Under the pieces are notes generated by a model. The model was not told the DNA's origin, ran no database searches, and was given only the letters and a program-made list of their open reading frames with translations. DNA of 64,000 nt from Macrostomum hystrix (taxonomy: Eukaryota; Animalia; Platyhelminthes). The stretch lies in NCBI GenBank assembly GCA_950097015.1, contig CATNEN010000001.1, forward strand, positions 26,474,001 through 26,538,000. Reading direction: 5' to 3'. The position numbers were made by a program, and so were the translations under genes. This document shows positions 11,545 to 21,154 of the stretch, in pieces (position 1 is the stretch's first letter; the number at the start of each line of letters is the position of its first letter).

Positions 11545-12410
11545 TTATTCGATGAAACAAGTTTCACAATCATACAACTTGCAGGTTGCAGGTTGCAGGT
11601 TGTCGACATCAATTATAAAATAAAGATATTTTATATTGGTAATTGATATTATAGAAAAACTCATACATTAGACACTTTGATTCATTAATAACACTGACTC
11701 CTGTGTGGGTTTTTAAGCGTCACACTTGCCTTGTACAAACAAAATTGCTCATGTGTTCATCAAGACCTGCAATTCCTTGAATGTTGGCTTCGAATTCGAC
11801 ATGTTGTCTAATATCGTTTTATCATTGGATGACGTTACAAGTTTCAAGTTAGTTCTATTGCGTTAATTTTCAAGGATTTTTTACGATATACAGACTTTTT
11901 GGCCAACTTAAAGAGATCCTTGTCAAAATTATTAGTTACCTTAGGGCTGAATTGCATATTCTTTTCTTTGTAAGGTTGCATCCAGGCCTCCAATGAAAAG
12001 GCAAGCGCTCTGTGGACTTTTGTATCTATGCAACCCCTTTGAGATAAAATATTTAAGCAACTTATAATAGACCTTGTGACGCATCTTAGGAAGTATATCC
12101 TTAATTTTTTACTTTTTCCTTGTCAGTGGCCGATTGCCATGCGCTACCGTCATACCGTCTTCTATGAACTTTGGCAATAAATATTCTCTGGGATTCGGGC
12201 AAAATCTGAAAAGTAATCGTAGTGGTAATCGGAGTGGTAATCGTAGAAGTTTTTACAATTAAAGTGTACTTTCTGTGCATGGAGGTAATCGTCACCTGAA
12301 ATGTTACTCTTCGACAACTAAGAGAAGAGCTTGTCTTTTGAAGGCAGTCCTTGTGAAACTAGTACTTCGTAATTGGTGACGTATTCATATGGATAGATTC
12401 ATACGGTTTA
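11545..12410 (-). pseudogene. Polinton/Maverick (adintovirus-like) protein-primed DNA polymerase B fossil
   Basis: Manual translation across stops and frameshifts gives IYPYEYV..GLPSKDKLFS*LSKSNISGDDYLHAQKV..FNCKNFYDYH; KVHRALAF.LEAWMQPY..NNFDKDLFKLAKKSVY; ESKCLMYEFFYN. These match conserved pPolB blocks. Confidence 0.8.
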
Positions 12411-12551
12411 TGGTAGTTGGAACCCTGTCCGGAACGAATTAAACCGACTATGGACAGTACACATTTTTTCTGTTAAATATACTGGTAATTGTTTTGCTCT
12501 CAATATTGAGTTTGCCCTGTAGATGTCAGTTTGACGAAACGCGTTTGCAAC

Positions 12552-13155
12552 TTACTTTTACTTAATTGCAGGGGGGCCTGGGGCACATGACGCACAAGCG
12601 CAGGAACGGCATGCCCCCAGGCCGGCGAACTAGGCTGGAGTCGCCCATCGCGCCATCTGGACCGCGCCAAAGGTAGGACACTGGATGCACAGGCACCTCA
12701 CACACAGCCGCAAGCCAAGCGGGGAATTAGGGGCGGCAGCCTGAGTGCCTCTCACCACAGGCCCGCACACGCACAGAGCAGAGCAAAAACCAGGGGAGGG
12801 CTTAGATGCCTGAAGGGTAGGGTCGAGAGGACCAAGCCACGCGCGCAGACGGCTGGTGAAACCTCGCCGCTCAGAGCACGCATGGCTGGTGCACACCCGC
12901 CCCACCGCCATACAACGCCTCACACCCGGCCCAACGCACAAACACAAACAAAAACAAGCAGGCATGCAGAAGGCAGGGGTTAGGCTATTCTAAATTAGCT
13001 TTGGTTGCACAGAATAAGGTGCATATCCGCAAGTCACTATACTTCGCAAACCTCCAAATAAGCCCCGAAATAATCGTGACTTGGATGGAGGAATGAACCA
13101 GCGACCATTGGAAAGTGAGGCAGCGACATTAGAAACTGACCCACTCACCCCCTCC
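12552..13155 (-). mobile_element. tRNA-derived SINE (family 1)
   Basis: 11-bp TSD GCGTTTGCAAC, tRNA-like head with degenerate A/B boxes at 13075-13155, and an (AGTAAAA)-type tail. Homologous copies lie at 29491-30054 and 39941-40152. Confidence 0.8.
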
Positions 13156-13487
13156 GCGTTTGCAACACAATCTATATGTTTTTGTTGGCGTTTATCTTCC
13201 TACCATTTAGAAATATTTTGGATACATTTCGATAGATTTATACAACTCTTATTATTATTATTATTATTAAGACGCTGAAGAGTCAGAGACCCTTAGCGCT
13301 CACACGCTCGCGAAAAAGCTCAGAGGGGCAGGAAGTAGCCTCAAGCGGAGTGAGGTTGATGGCCTGTAGGTCATTAGTGAAGGTCTTTAAGAGAGTTTCA
13401 GTGCGCGCATGTCCGCGTACAACTCTTATACACAATTAGAAAACTGTTAAACATATTAAAAAACAGTTAGACACATTTAGAAAACTT

Positions 13488-14171
13488 TGTAATAGATTGT
13501 TTCCAAATTCGCATTTCCTAGAAAGCATTTGTTAATTTCGTTATTTTGTCTCTTGTTTAAATGAACAAATATTTGTTATACCGTATAAAAATTATTTCAA
13601 ATGTGTCCGCCATTTTTTAAAATAAGTACAGCTGACTTTAGCAGAAGAAATTGACTTGCGGTTTCATACCTAATTCGTATACAATACTCGGAAGTGTTCT
13701 TTCATTCTTTTTAAGAAATACGGAGAGGAATACTAAGAGGGATTCAAGAGAGATAGAGAAGTAGAAAGTATTGCTGTACACTTGAGATCATTGGTAACGC
13801 TCTTCGGAAAGTCTATAATAGGAAATACGTACATACGATGAAATAATCGGCCATAATAATTAAATACGCTACCAAGAAATTATTTGAAATATATAAAATA
13901 CATTCTCAGAGACTAATTCTAAGAAAATTGTTTAGACATTATTTTAACATACCTCTATAAACAACTTTTGTAGGATAGAAAAGAAAAATTAGAAATGCAA
14001 AAACTTTGGTGGCATTGTAAAAATAAAGTTAGAATTGTAATTAACCCAATTTTGGTGAAATCATATCCTTAGAGTGATAATTAAAGAGAGATGCTCTTGG
14101 ACAGCTTTGGTGGCATTATGGGGATTATGGCAGTATGGGGATAAAGACTTACAGCAACTAGGCATACAACA
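13488..14171. mobile_element. Putative solo LTR (684 bp)
   Basis: TGT...ACA termini with a 4-bp TSD ACTT; it interrupts the ACACATTTAGAAAACT repeat tract. Confidence 0.65.
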
Positions 14172-14189
14172 ACTTTTAGACTGTTGAAT

Positions 14190-14420
14190 ACGTTTAGAAA
14201 ACTGTGCACACATTTAGAAAACTTTTGGACACATTTAGAGAACTATCAGACACATTTAGAAAACTTTTGGACACATTTAGAGAACTATCAGACACATTTA
14301 GAAAACTTTTGGACACATTTAGAAAACTGTGGACACATTTAGAAAACTGTGGACACATTTAGAAAACTGTGGACACATTTATTAAAGTCTTAGATACATT
14401 TAGAAAACTGTTAGACGCTT
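14190..14420. repeat. 20-21-bp tandem repeat (GGACACATTTAGAAAACTGT)n
   Basis: Directly visible; further units at 13430-13487 on the other side of the solo LTR. Confidence 0.9.
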
Positions 14421-14720
14421 TTCTTGATAGAAACTAAGACAAGGTTTAGTGATTTCTACATTGTGGCGGCCGCTCTCTCCAGCACCCTGCGTGGTTTAGG
14501 GCGGATGGTGCTAGGGCGGACACACCAACTTTGTCTAGCACTTGCGCTGGGCCGGGGCAGTGTGCATAGGGCTTAAGCTCATGTACACGCGCCGGCCTAT
14601 AAGTCACTATCTTTTGGAACGCGCTGCACTTTACCTGTTCTCCGCCAAATAAAATTTAACATTACGTGGCCCTGCAATCGGCACAACAGAAAGTAGATTG
14701 AAAGTAGTATATGTCTAGCT

Positions 14721-15377
14721 CAGGGGTAGGCAAACTTATTTGCTGGCGGGCCAAAGAGAGAGCCTAAAAGACGACAGCGGGCCGCATTGACTGTATAAAT
14801 ATGAGATAGAGGAGAGATGAGACACGGGAGAGATGAGACACGGGAGAGATAAGATAGGGAAGTGAGGTGTGAGCCGTGAATGAATCGTGAACTGTGTTAA
14901 GCAAGTGAACTGTGGTAGATCTGCAGGCCTGCGCGCCAACCGCACTCTGACCCAATGTACGCAGCCTGAATATTGATTATTGATGTACTCAACACCTGTT
15001 GACTTTTAAGCCTTGTTGACTCGTCTACTTATATATATATGCAAGTGTATCGTGAAACATCGTGACTAATAAACTAAATTCGCTACTAACCCAAACCAAG
15101 CCTACGGGCAGTCTTGCCTTATATTCCTGAGCACGGCTTGACAGGAAGAGATTAGACACGGGAGAGATTAGACACAAGAGAGATTAGACACGGGAGAGAT
15201 TAGATACGAGAGCGATGAGACACGGGAGAGATTAGACACGAGAGAGATTAGACACGGGAGAGATTAGACACGAGAGAGATGAAACAGGACACTGTAGATG
15301 TCAGAAGGGGCAACGGGCCGGATTTGGGAGCTTCGAGGGCCGCATCTGGCCCGCGGGCCGGAGTTTGCCGACCCCTG
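14721..15377. mobile_element. hAT (Charlie/Buster-like) MITE
   Basis: TIRs CAGGGGT(A/C)GGCAAACT, 8-bp TSD (G/T)TCTAGCT with central TA, and internal 16-bp GAGATTAGACACGGGA repeats. Confidence 0.85.
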
Positions 15378-15830
15378 TTCTAGCTAGTATTGAGCAATTG
15401 TATCGAAGTCTGCAATAACCATTTTACATATTCAAATCAAACACACGCAAGCGCGAGAAAAGCTGTGATGTTGTAGGAACGCATGTATAGTTTTCTAGAA
15501 ATTTCTACTTAAACAAAAAATTTAAATTCCCGCGATAATCTTCAAGAATGACTTTTCTTGAATGTTTCGGATTCTGGAATGTTCAGTATACACTACTATA
15601 AATATAATATGCCCACCACGCTGAATCTTCAACCGTTTCGTCGATCTTGGCAACTAACACTCTCAAGCGACAAAATAAACAAACCACCGCTTTAGTCTCG
15701 ATAATTTAATACTGCTACAATGTAATCTATTTAGAAATTCGCACTGACTATCTCGCCACTGGCGTTGACACAGCCGAGCCAACTAACACAGCTAACCGAC
15801 ACATTTGGTTGAGAAATTTCTTATCAGTAC

Positions 15831-16137
15831 AATAATTAATAATTGATTACACCTGCCCCAATTGGGCGAGATGTGCAGCCGACAGCACAGCCGCAGCTAT
15901 TGCGCGGCGCATCTGAAGGCTGCGTACGGCTGTTCAGTCCATGGACTGGGGGACGCCACACCCACCTTCCATTATCCCAGCTGATGCTGGTACCCATTTA
16001 ACAGCTGGGTGAACTGAAGCAATTCAGAGTTAAGTGTCTTGCTAAAGGACACAAATTGTTCCAGTGGAGTCGGGAATCGAACCCCCGACCTTCAAGTCGT
16101 GAGTCCGACGCCCTAACCACTAGGCTACAACCTCTAG
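15831..16137 (-). mobile_element. tRNA-derived SINE with a CORE/V-like central domain (family 2)
   Basis: A box TAGCCTAGTGG and B box GGTTCGATTCC, then GTGTCCTTTAGCAAGACACTTAAC...CCCAGCTGTTAAATGGGTACC; 10-bp TSD TTATCAGTAC. Confidence 0.85.
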
Positions 16138-16294
16138 TTATCAGTACGCTTGCCTATAACAAAACGGCCTCCGATGCAACCATTAAAACTGGAAGTGTTA
16201 GGCACATTGACAAAACTGTCTTTGATTGAGCGCATTAAGTATCCTATTTAAAATCGTTTTTTGAATATTTAATTCCCTTAACAAAGAAGTTAGC

Positions 16295-16445
16295 TGTGAC
16301 ATTCTGTCTATGACAGATGTAAGTTATCTGAGGCTACTGAGAGCCAGAGTGCAGAAATCTGCCCGCGCGCGGTGCGCACATTGTCTATTTATAGCCATTA
16401 GCCAAAACGGGGTGGTACAAATATATTACGTAGGAAAGCCTCACA
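16295..16445 (-). repeat. 3' LTR
   Basis: Identical to 20126-20276 and adjacent to the PPT at 16446-16454. Confidence 0.95.
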
Positions 16446-16596
16446 CCCTCCACCAAAAGTTCGAAAATCACTCCAAATCAAACGGCATGAAAACACACAG
16501 ACCAAAATTTAACTGTACGCTAGAAAAAACACTTCAAACAATTAACCAACATGAGCGAATTGAAAGTCATTGTCACTGTTTGTCATTCAAGATCAA

Positions 16597-19500
16597 TCAC
16601 TTGGTCGGACTCCAAAGCCGACTCAGGCCATCCGTGGCGCCGTTGCTCTCGCCCGGCTGGTACTGGATCGCATAGTCGAAGCCCGACAGGTAGTGGGCCC
16701 ATCGCTGCAGCCGCGGGTTGGCGTGGTCCAGTTGCAGGTACTGCAGCGGCTTGTGGTCCGACCGGATGATGAAGTGGCGCCCAAGCAGATAGTGCCGCAG
16801 TTTCTCGACCGCCCAGCGCACGGCGAGGCACTCCTTCTCGATGGTCGCGTAACCTTGCTCCGCCGCCGTCAGCCGCCGAGACACGAAGAGCACCGGGTGA
16901 ATGCCGTCCTCGAACTCCTGCGTCAGCACCGCTCCGAGGCCAGTCTCCGAGCTGTCCGTCTCCAGGATGAAAGGCCGGCCGTAGTCCGGGGCGCGCAGCA
17001 CCGGCTCGCTTGTCATCAGTGCCTTGGCCACTTCGAATGCTCGCGTGTGCTTCTCGCCCCAGGCCGCCGTCAGGTCCTCGGGCGTCGTTCTCCTGGTGAG
17101 CTCCGTCAGTGCCGCCACCTGGTCCGCGTAGTTCGGGATGAACCGGCGATAGTGGTTGAGCACGCCGAGCACCGATCGCAGCTGAGTCTTGGTTCGGGGT
17201 TGCTCACGCGCCTTGATTGCCCGTACTCGGTCCTCGCTGGTGCTGATCTCGTCGCTTCCCAGCTTAAATCCGAGGTAGTCCGTCGAGGTGCCGCCTAGAA
17301 AGCATTTGCGTGGCTGGACAGTTAGCCCAGCTGCTTTCAGCCGATTGAAAACTCGCCGTAGATCTTGCAGGTGCTGCTCGAACGTCTCGCTAAACACGGC
17401 GATGTCGTCGATGTAGGACTCCGCACTGTCGATTCCGAGAAGCACCTTGTCCATCAGCCTCTGGTAGGTGGCGCTACTGCAGTTCAGGTCATACCAGTGC
17501 TTCCACCGCTTTCTTTCCAGCTCCTCGTTACTTCTTGACGCCTCCAGCCCTGCCTGCAGCCGGTCTCGTTGGGCCAGGACAAAGGTGATGATGTCCTTCT
17601 TCTCCGCGGTCAGCTTCTCGTCCCACGTCTGTCGCAGCAGATCCAGGGGTCCTCGGACAGTCCGGCCGTAGAGCAGTTCGAATGGTGAAAACCCAGTAGT
17701 CTCATTCGGAACCTCCCTGATAGCAAATAGCAGGTATGGCAGGTAGAGGTCCCACTTCTTTTTTTCGCGGGCTGGTAGCCTTCGGAGCATAGTCTTGAGT
17801 GTGCCGTGAAATCGTTCCACGAGCGCCTGGCTTTGCGGGTGGTACGGCGTTGACTGAATGCCTTCAACTCCAGTGCATTGGTACAAGGCCTGCAGCAACG
17901 CTGACGAGAAGTTCGTGCCCTTGTCGCTTTGGATCTCCTTTGGGAAGCCAGTTCTTGAGAAGCAGTCGATCAGCGCCTTGGCCACCGTTTCGGCGTCGAT
18001 ATTCCGCAGCGGAAAGCCCTCCGGGAACCGGGTCGCTGCATCGATCACGGATAAAATGTACTTGTGGCCGCTTGAGGACTTCGGATACGGTCCGCTGATG
18101 TCAATGATCACCTTGCTGAAGGCTTCTTCTACTCCTGGTACTTGCACGAGAGGTACTTTTTGAGTGCAACCGATCCGAGCAGTCTTCTGACATTTGTCGC
18201 AAGTAGTCACGAAGTCCTTGACGTCTTTGGCCACGGTAGGCCACCAGAATCGTTGCAGCAACCCCTGGCTCGTCTTCTTGACACCCAAATGTCCTGCGAA
18301 GGCACTCTCGTGAGCCTGAGTCAGCGCCGTCAGCCTGAGAGACTTTGGTAGCACTAGTTGGTCTTCGCCTGCTGCTTGGGTCCGGTAAAGCCGACCGTTA
18401 ACCTTTAGGATGGCATCGTTGTCGCGCAACTTCTCCAGCATTTCTCCGTCCTCTTGGAGTGCCGCCTCGTAGTCCCAAGCCATTTGGCCGATATTGGGTT
18501 CCAGTTTCTCTCTGTACTCTTGCCGTTGTTTACGCGCTTGGGCTCTGGTCAGTCTAGGCCTTTGTGTACTGGGGGGCTCCGGATCGATCTGGACTAGGCC
18601 GCTAGCCATAATGCCTTCGTACGCGAGCGCTCTGTCCCCCTCGGACTGGGGTATGGGGCAGACAGGAGCGCCCACCACCCCTTTCTCCTGATTGGCCGGA
18701 GGGTGCGGGTCTGCAGCCTGGGTCTCGTATGCAGTCTGGGCAGCGCCCGCAGCGGCAGTGGGGTTTTCGACCCCTGAGGCTAGCCGGCCAATCAAGTCTA
18801 ATCCAATTAACGCGCTCACCGGTAGAGAGTCAGACACGCAGACATCGGCAATTCCCTCAAAGCCGTTTAGGTGCAAATCCACTTTAGCAATAGGTAGCCG
18901 GTGTAGATCGCCTCCAAAGCATCGCAATAGTCCATGCCGCCCTGTCCAATTGATGTCTTCGGGGAGACAATTACGTCGAATTGTCGTTCGATCCGCTCCA
19001 GTGTCTAGGAGGAATTCCAGATCCTTGCCACTTGCCTTCCCCTTAATCATTCTGGTCCCTGTAGTGCTGGTGCCGACTTTCATGTCTTCCGAGGCCAGAT
19101 GGATGCTGTTGTTCGGCTTATTCGGGCATTGGAACTTCTTGTGGGGGCCTCCGCAGTTAAAGCAGCTGATCTTCGTCTTCAACATTGGGGTTCTCTGAAT
19201 TTCCCGGTGCCGGTCGGCATTGCTAGCCCTAACATGACTCACATCCTGTGTTTCCTGACTCCGTTGATCGTGAGTTCCGCCGTTTCTGTCGTTGCTGCGG
19301 GCCATATAATAGTCGTCCGCTAATTGAGCGGCCTCCTTGATGTTTTTCGGCTTCCTCTCTCGCATCCACACCTGGAGTCCTCTCCCCAGCGAGTCCGAGA
19401 ACTGCTCCAGCAGCACCTTCCGTCTGATGATGGTGTCGCCTCCTCGCAGCTCCTCACGCTCATCCTCGTCCACTCCAGCGGTCATCCATCGATCGAATAG

Positions 19501-20133
19501 GTCCTCCAGTTTCGCGGCGAACACTTGGTACGACTCCTCCGATGCCCTCCGCAAGGATCTGAATCGCTGCCGGTACGTCTCCTCGCCAATGTTATACCGC
19601 GCCAGGATTGCCGCCTTTGCCATCTCATAGTCCGCATTCGCTGCTGTCGTCAAGCTGTGGAATGCACTTTGCGCCTTGCCCGTCAGCAGTGGTCCAAGTC
19701 GAATCGTCCAATCTTGCTTCTGCCATCCGCATGATGTTGCCGATCTCTCGAATGTCGCCAGAAATGACTCTATGTCGTCCGCGTCAGTCAGCTTGAACAG
19801 CTTCGGCTCCACGGTCTGCGGTCTCGGCTTGGACTCGGCCATGAGTCTGGCGAATTCCGCCTGCTGTCGTGCTAGCTGCTCCAGATAGAATGCCGACTGT
19901 CTCTCCTGAGCCTGTGCCATGTCCTGAAGTTGCCGACTCTGGTGCGTCAAGATCAGCTTCATCGTCTCCATGAGGTTGGCACTATCTATTCCGCTCAGTT
20001 CCTCGCTTTCAGTGGCACCAGTCTCCATCTCTGCCGAGCTCGTCCTGTTGGAGGCTGCAGATTCGCCTGTTGTATCTCTGGATCGCAGGTTGTATGGCTT
20101 AGTTGAGCCTGCACCGCTGCCACCATGTGACAT
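16597..20133 (-). CDS. Gag-PR-IN-(truncated RT)-RNase H polyprotein, 1178 aa
   Basis: SCAN-like capsid (ETYRQRFR..LEQF..WMRERKPK..AAQLADDY), knuckle CFNCGGPHKKFQC, protease LDTGA, integrase HHCC plus DDE, then YIDD and RNase H (TDSS, EKECLA, DHKPL, DGLSR). The N-terminal half of RT is absent. Confidence 0.92.
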   Translation of the reverse strand: MSHGGSGAGSTKPYNLRSRDTTGESAASNRTSSAEMETGATESEELSGIDSANLMETMKLILTHQSRQLQDMAQAQERQSAFYLEQLARQQAEFARLMAESKPRPQTVEPKLFKLTDADDIESFLATFERSATSCGWQKQDWTIRLGPLLTGKAQSAFHSLTTAANADYEMAKAAILARYNIGEETYRQRFRSLRRASEESYQVFAAKLEDLFDRWMTAGVDEDEREELRGGDTIIRRKVLLEQFSDSLGRGLQVWMRERKPKNIKEAAQLADDYYMARSNDRNGGTHDQRSQETQDVSHVRASNADRHREIQRTPMLKTKISCFNCGGPHKKFQCPNKPNNSIHLASEDMKVGTSTTGTRMIKGKASGKDLEFLLDTGADRTTIRRNCLPEDINWTGRHGLLRCFGGDLHRLPIAKVDLHLNGFEGIADVCVSDSLPVSALIGLDLIGRLASGVENPTAAAGAAQTAYETQAADPHPPANQEKGVVGAPVCPIPQSEGDRALAYEGIMASGLVQIDPEPPSTQRPRLTRAQARKQRQEYREKLEPNIGQMAWDYEAALQEDGEMLEKLRDNDAILKVNGRLYRTQAAGEDQLVLPKSLRLTALTQAHESAFAGHLGVKKTSQGLLQRFWWPTVAKDVKDFVTTCDKCQKTARIGCTQKVPLVQVPGVEEAFSKVIIDISGPYPKSSSGHKYILSVIDAATRFPEGFPLRNIDAETVAKALIDCFSRTGFPKEIQSDKGTNFSSALLQALYQCTGVEGIQSTPYHPQSQALVERFHGTLKTMLRRLPAREKKKWDLYLPYLLFAIREVPNETTGFSPFELLYGRTVRGPLDLLRQTWDEKLTAEKKDIITFVLAQRDRLQAGLEASRSNEELERKRWKHWYDLNCSSATYQRLMDKVLLGIDSAESYIDDIAVFSETFEQHLQDLRRVFNRLKAAGLTVQPRKCFLGGTSTDYLGFKLGSDEISTSEDRVRAIKAREQPRTKTQLRSVLGVLNHYRRFIPNYADQVAALTELTRRTTPEDLTAAWGEKHTRAFEVAKALMTSEPVLRAPDYGRPFILETDSSETGLGAVLTQEFEDGIHPVLFVSRRLTAAEQGYATIEKECLAVRWAVEKLRHYLLGRHFIIRSDHKPLQYLQLDHANPRLQRWAHYLSGFDYAIQYQPGESNGATDGLSRLWSPTK
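20112..20125 (-). promoter_or_regulatory. Primer-binding site for tRNA-Leu
   Basis: TGGTGGCAGCGGTG directly follows the 5' LTR and is complementary to the 3' end of metazoan tRNA-Leu (..CACCGCTGCCA-CCA). Confidence 0.85.
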
Positions 20134-20276
20134 TCTGTCTATGACAGATGTAAGTTATCTGAGGCTACTGAGAGCCAGAGTGCAGAAATCTGCCCGCGCG
20201 CGGTGCGCACATTGTCTATTTATAGCCATTAGCCAAAACGGGGTGGTACAAATATATTACGTAGGAAAGCCTCACA
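20126..20276 (-). repeat. 5' LTR
   Basis: Identical to 16295-16445; contains TATAAATA on the minus strand. Confidence 0.95.
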
Positions 20277-20430
20277 TTAGCTTATTAAAAATACGTGTAC
20301 CTTTTCATTCCATTCATAATATTTTGGGGAAGAAATGGTGAAAATCGGTTGAGCCGTTCGGGAGAAAATCAATTACAGGCAAGCAAGCAAGCAAGCAAGC
20401 AAGCAAGATTCGCATTTCTAGTATAGTAGA

Positions 20431-20699
20431 CTAGCTCCCTTACGCCACCCTCTGTGTGGCCTCTCTCAAGTTCTTATCAGTGCGTTAGCTTATCATTGGC
20501 AAGTAGAAAAACAATTTTTCGAATATTTAATCCCCTTAGAAATATAGTTAAGCTAAATAAAAATACATGTTTCGATTCGGCAATTTGACATCTTTTGGCG
20601 AAGAAACGAAAAAAATCGGTTTCGGGGTTTTGGAGATAGCATTTATACGCTCGTACAAACAAACAACCAAACAATGATTAGGCATATAGTATAGGTAGA
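20431..20699 (-). mobile_element. Mini-Helitron (269 bp), related to family B
   Basis: 3' CTAG with hairpin GCCAC-n7-GTGGC; 5' A|TCTACCTATACT; shares the TTTTCGAATATTTAATCCC and AAAATCGG blocks. Confidence 0.75.
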
Positions 20700-21154
20700 T
20701 ATTTACAATGCAATAAATAGCAACTGAACCGCAGTTCGCTTCGCTAAAATGTTTTTCTTTTCACTGAGAGAAATGCTTTACTTTAACATCGCCTTTCGGT
20801 TCGTTCGTCGCTTCTTTCACTGCGAATTGCCACACTGGCGCATGATAAACTGCTGGAATTTAAGATCCACAACCACAACAGCCAAATGCGTTTTGTCAAG
20901 TGATTATTGATTGATTTTTATACCTCGTTTTTGAAAAGCAAACGACAGAAAAATGTTTTGAGTAAGTTTTTCTGTAGAGTCAGAGAAACTGGCAAAATGT
21001 GGCAAGTGGTGTTCTTTTTTGTTGAAAAACTTGCCTGCGAAAGAATTTTATTTTCGACGAGTCGCATTTAATGCAATTGGTACTTAAAGAAGTGAAAAAC
21101 TTCAGAGCTGGGAATCAAAATAGAAAGAAAGCACTGCAGAGGTGATTTAAGAAA

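Larger units (their letters stand above)
16295..20276 (-). mobile_element. Gmr1-like Ty3/Gypsy LTR retrotransposon, internally deleted (3982 bp)
   Basis: Identical 151-bp TGT..ACA LTRs, 5-bp TSD TTAGC, tRNA-Leu PBS, polypurine tract GGTGGAGGG, and integrase placed before RT. Confidence 0.95.
15800..20430 (-). mobile_element. Helitron family B copy interrupted by a SINE and a Gypsy element (left end not located)
   Basis: 5' TCTACTATACT with (GCTT)n at 20430. Joining 16255-16294 to 20282-20430 aligns with 11350-11531. Confidence 0.65.

Noticed and set aside
16060-16137. Functional tRNA gene (also 13075-13155, 29980-30054, 60655-60730)
   Set aside because: These are SINE heads attached to SINE bodies and tails, three of them with TSDs, and their cloverleaves are poor.
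16570-19888. Plus-strand ORFs over the Gypsy element, and similar shadow ORFs over the Ngaro and NACHT regions
   Set aside because: They are antisense or alternate-frame products of GC-rich coding DNA with no recognisable motifs.
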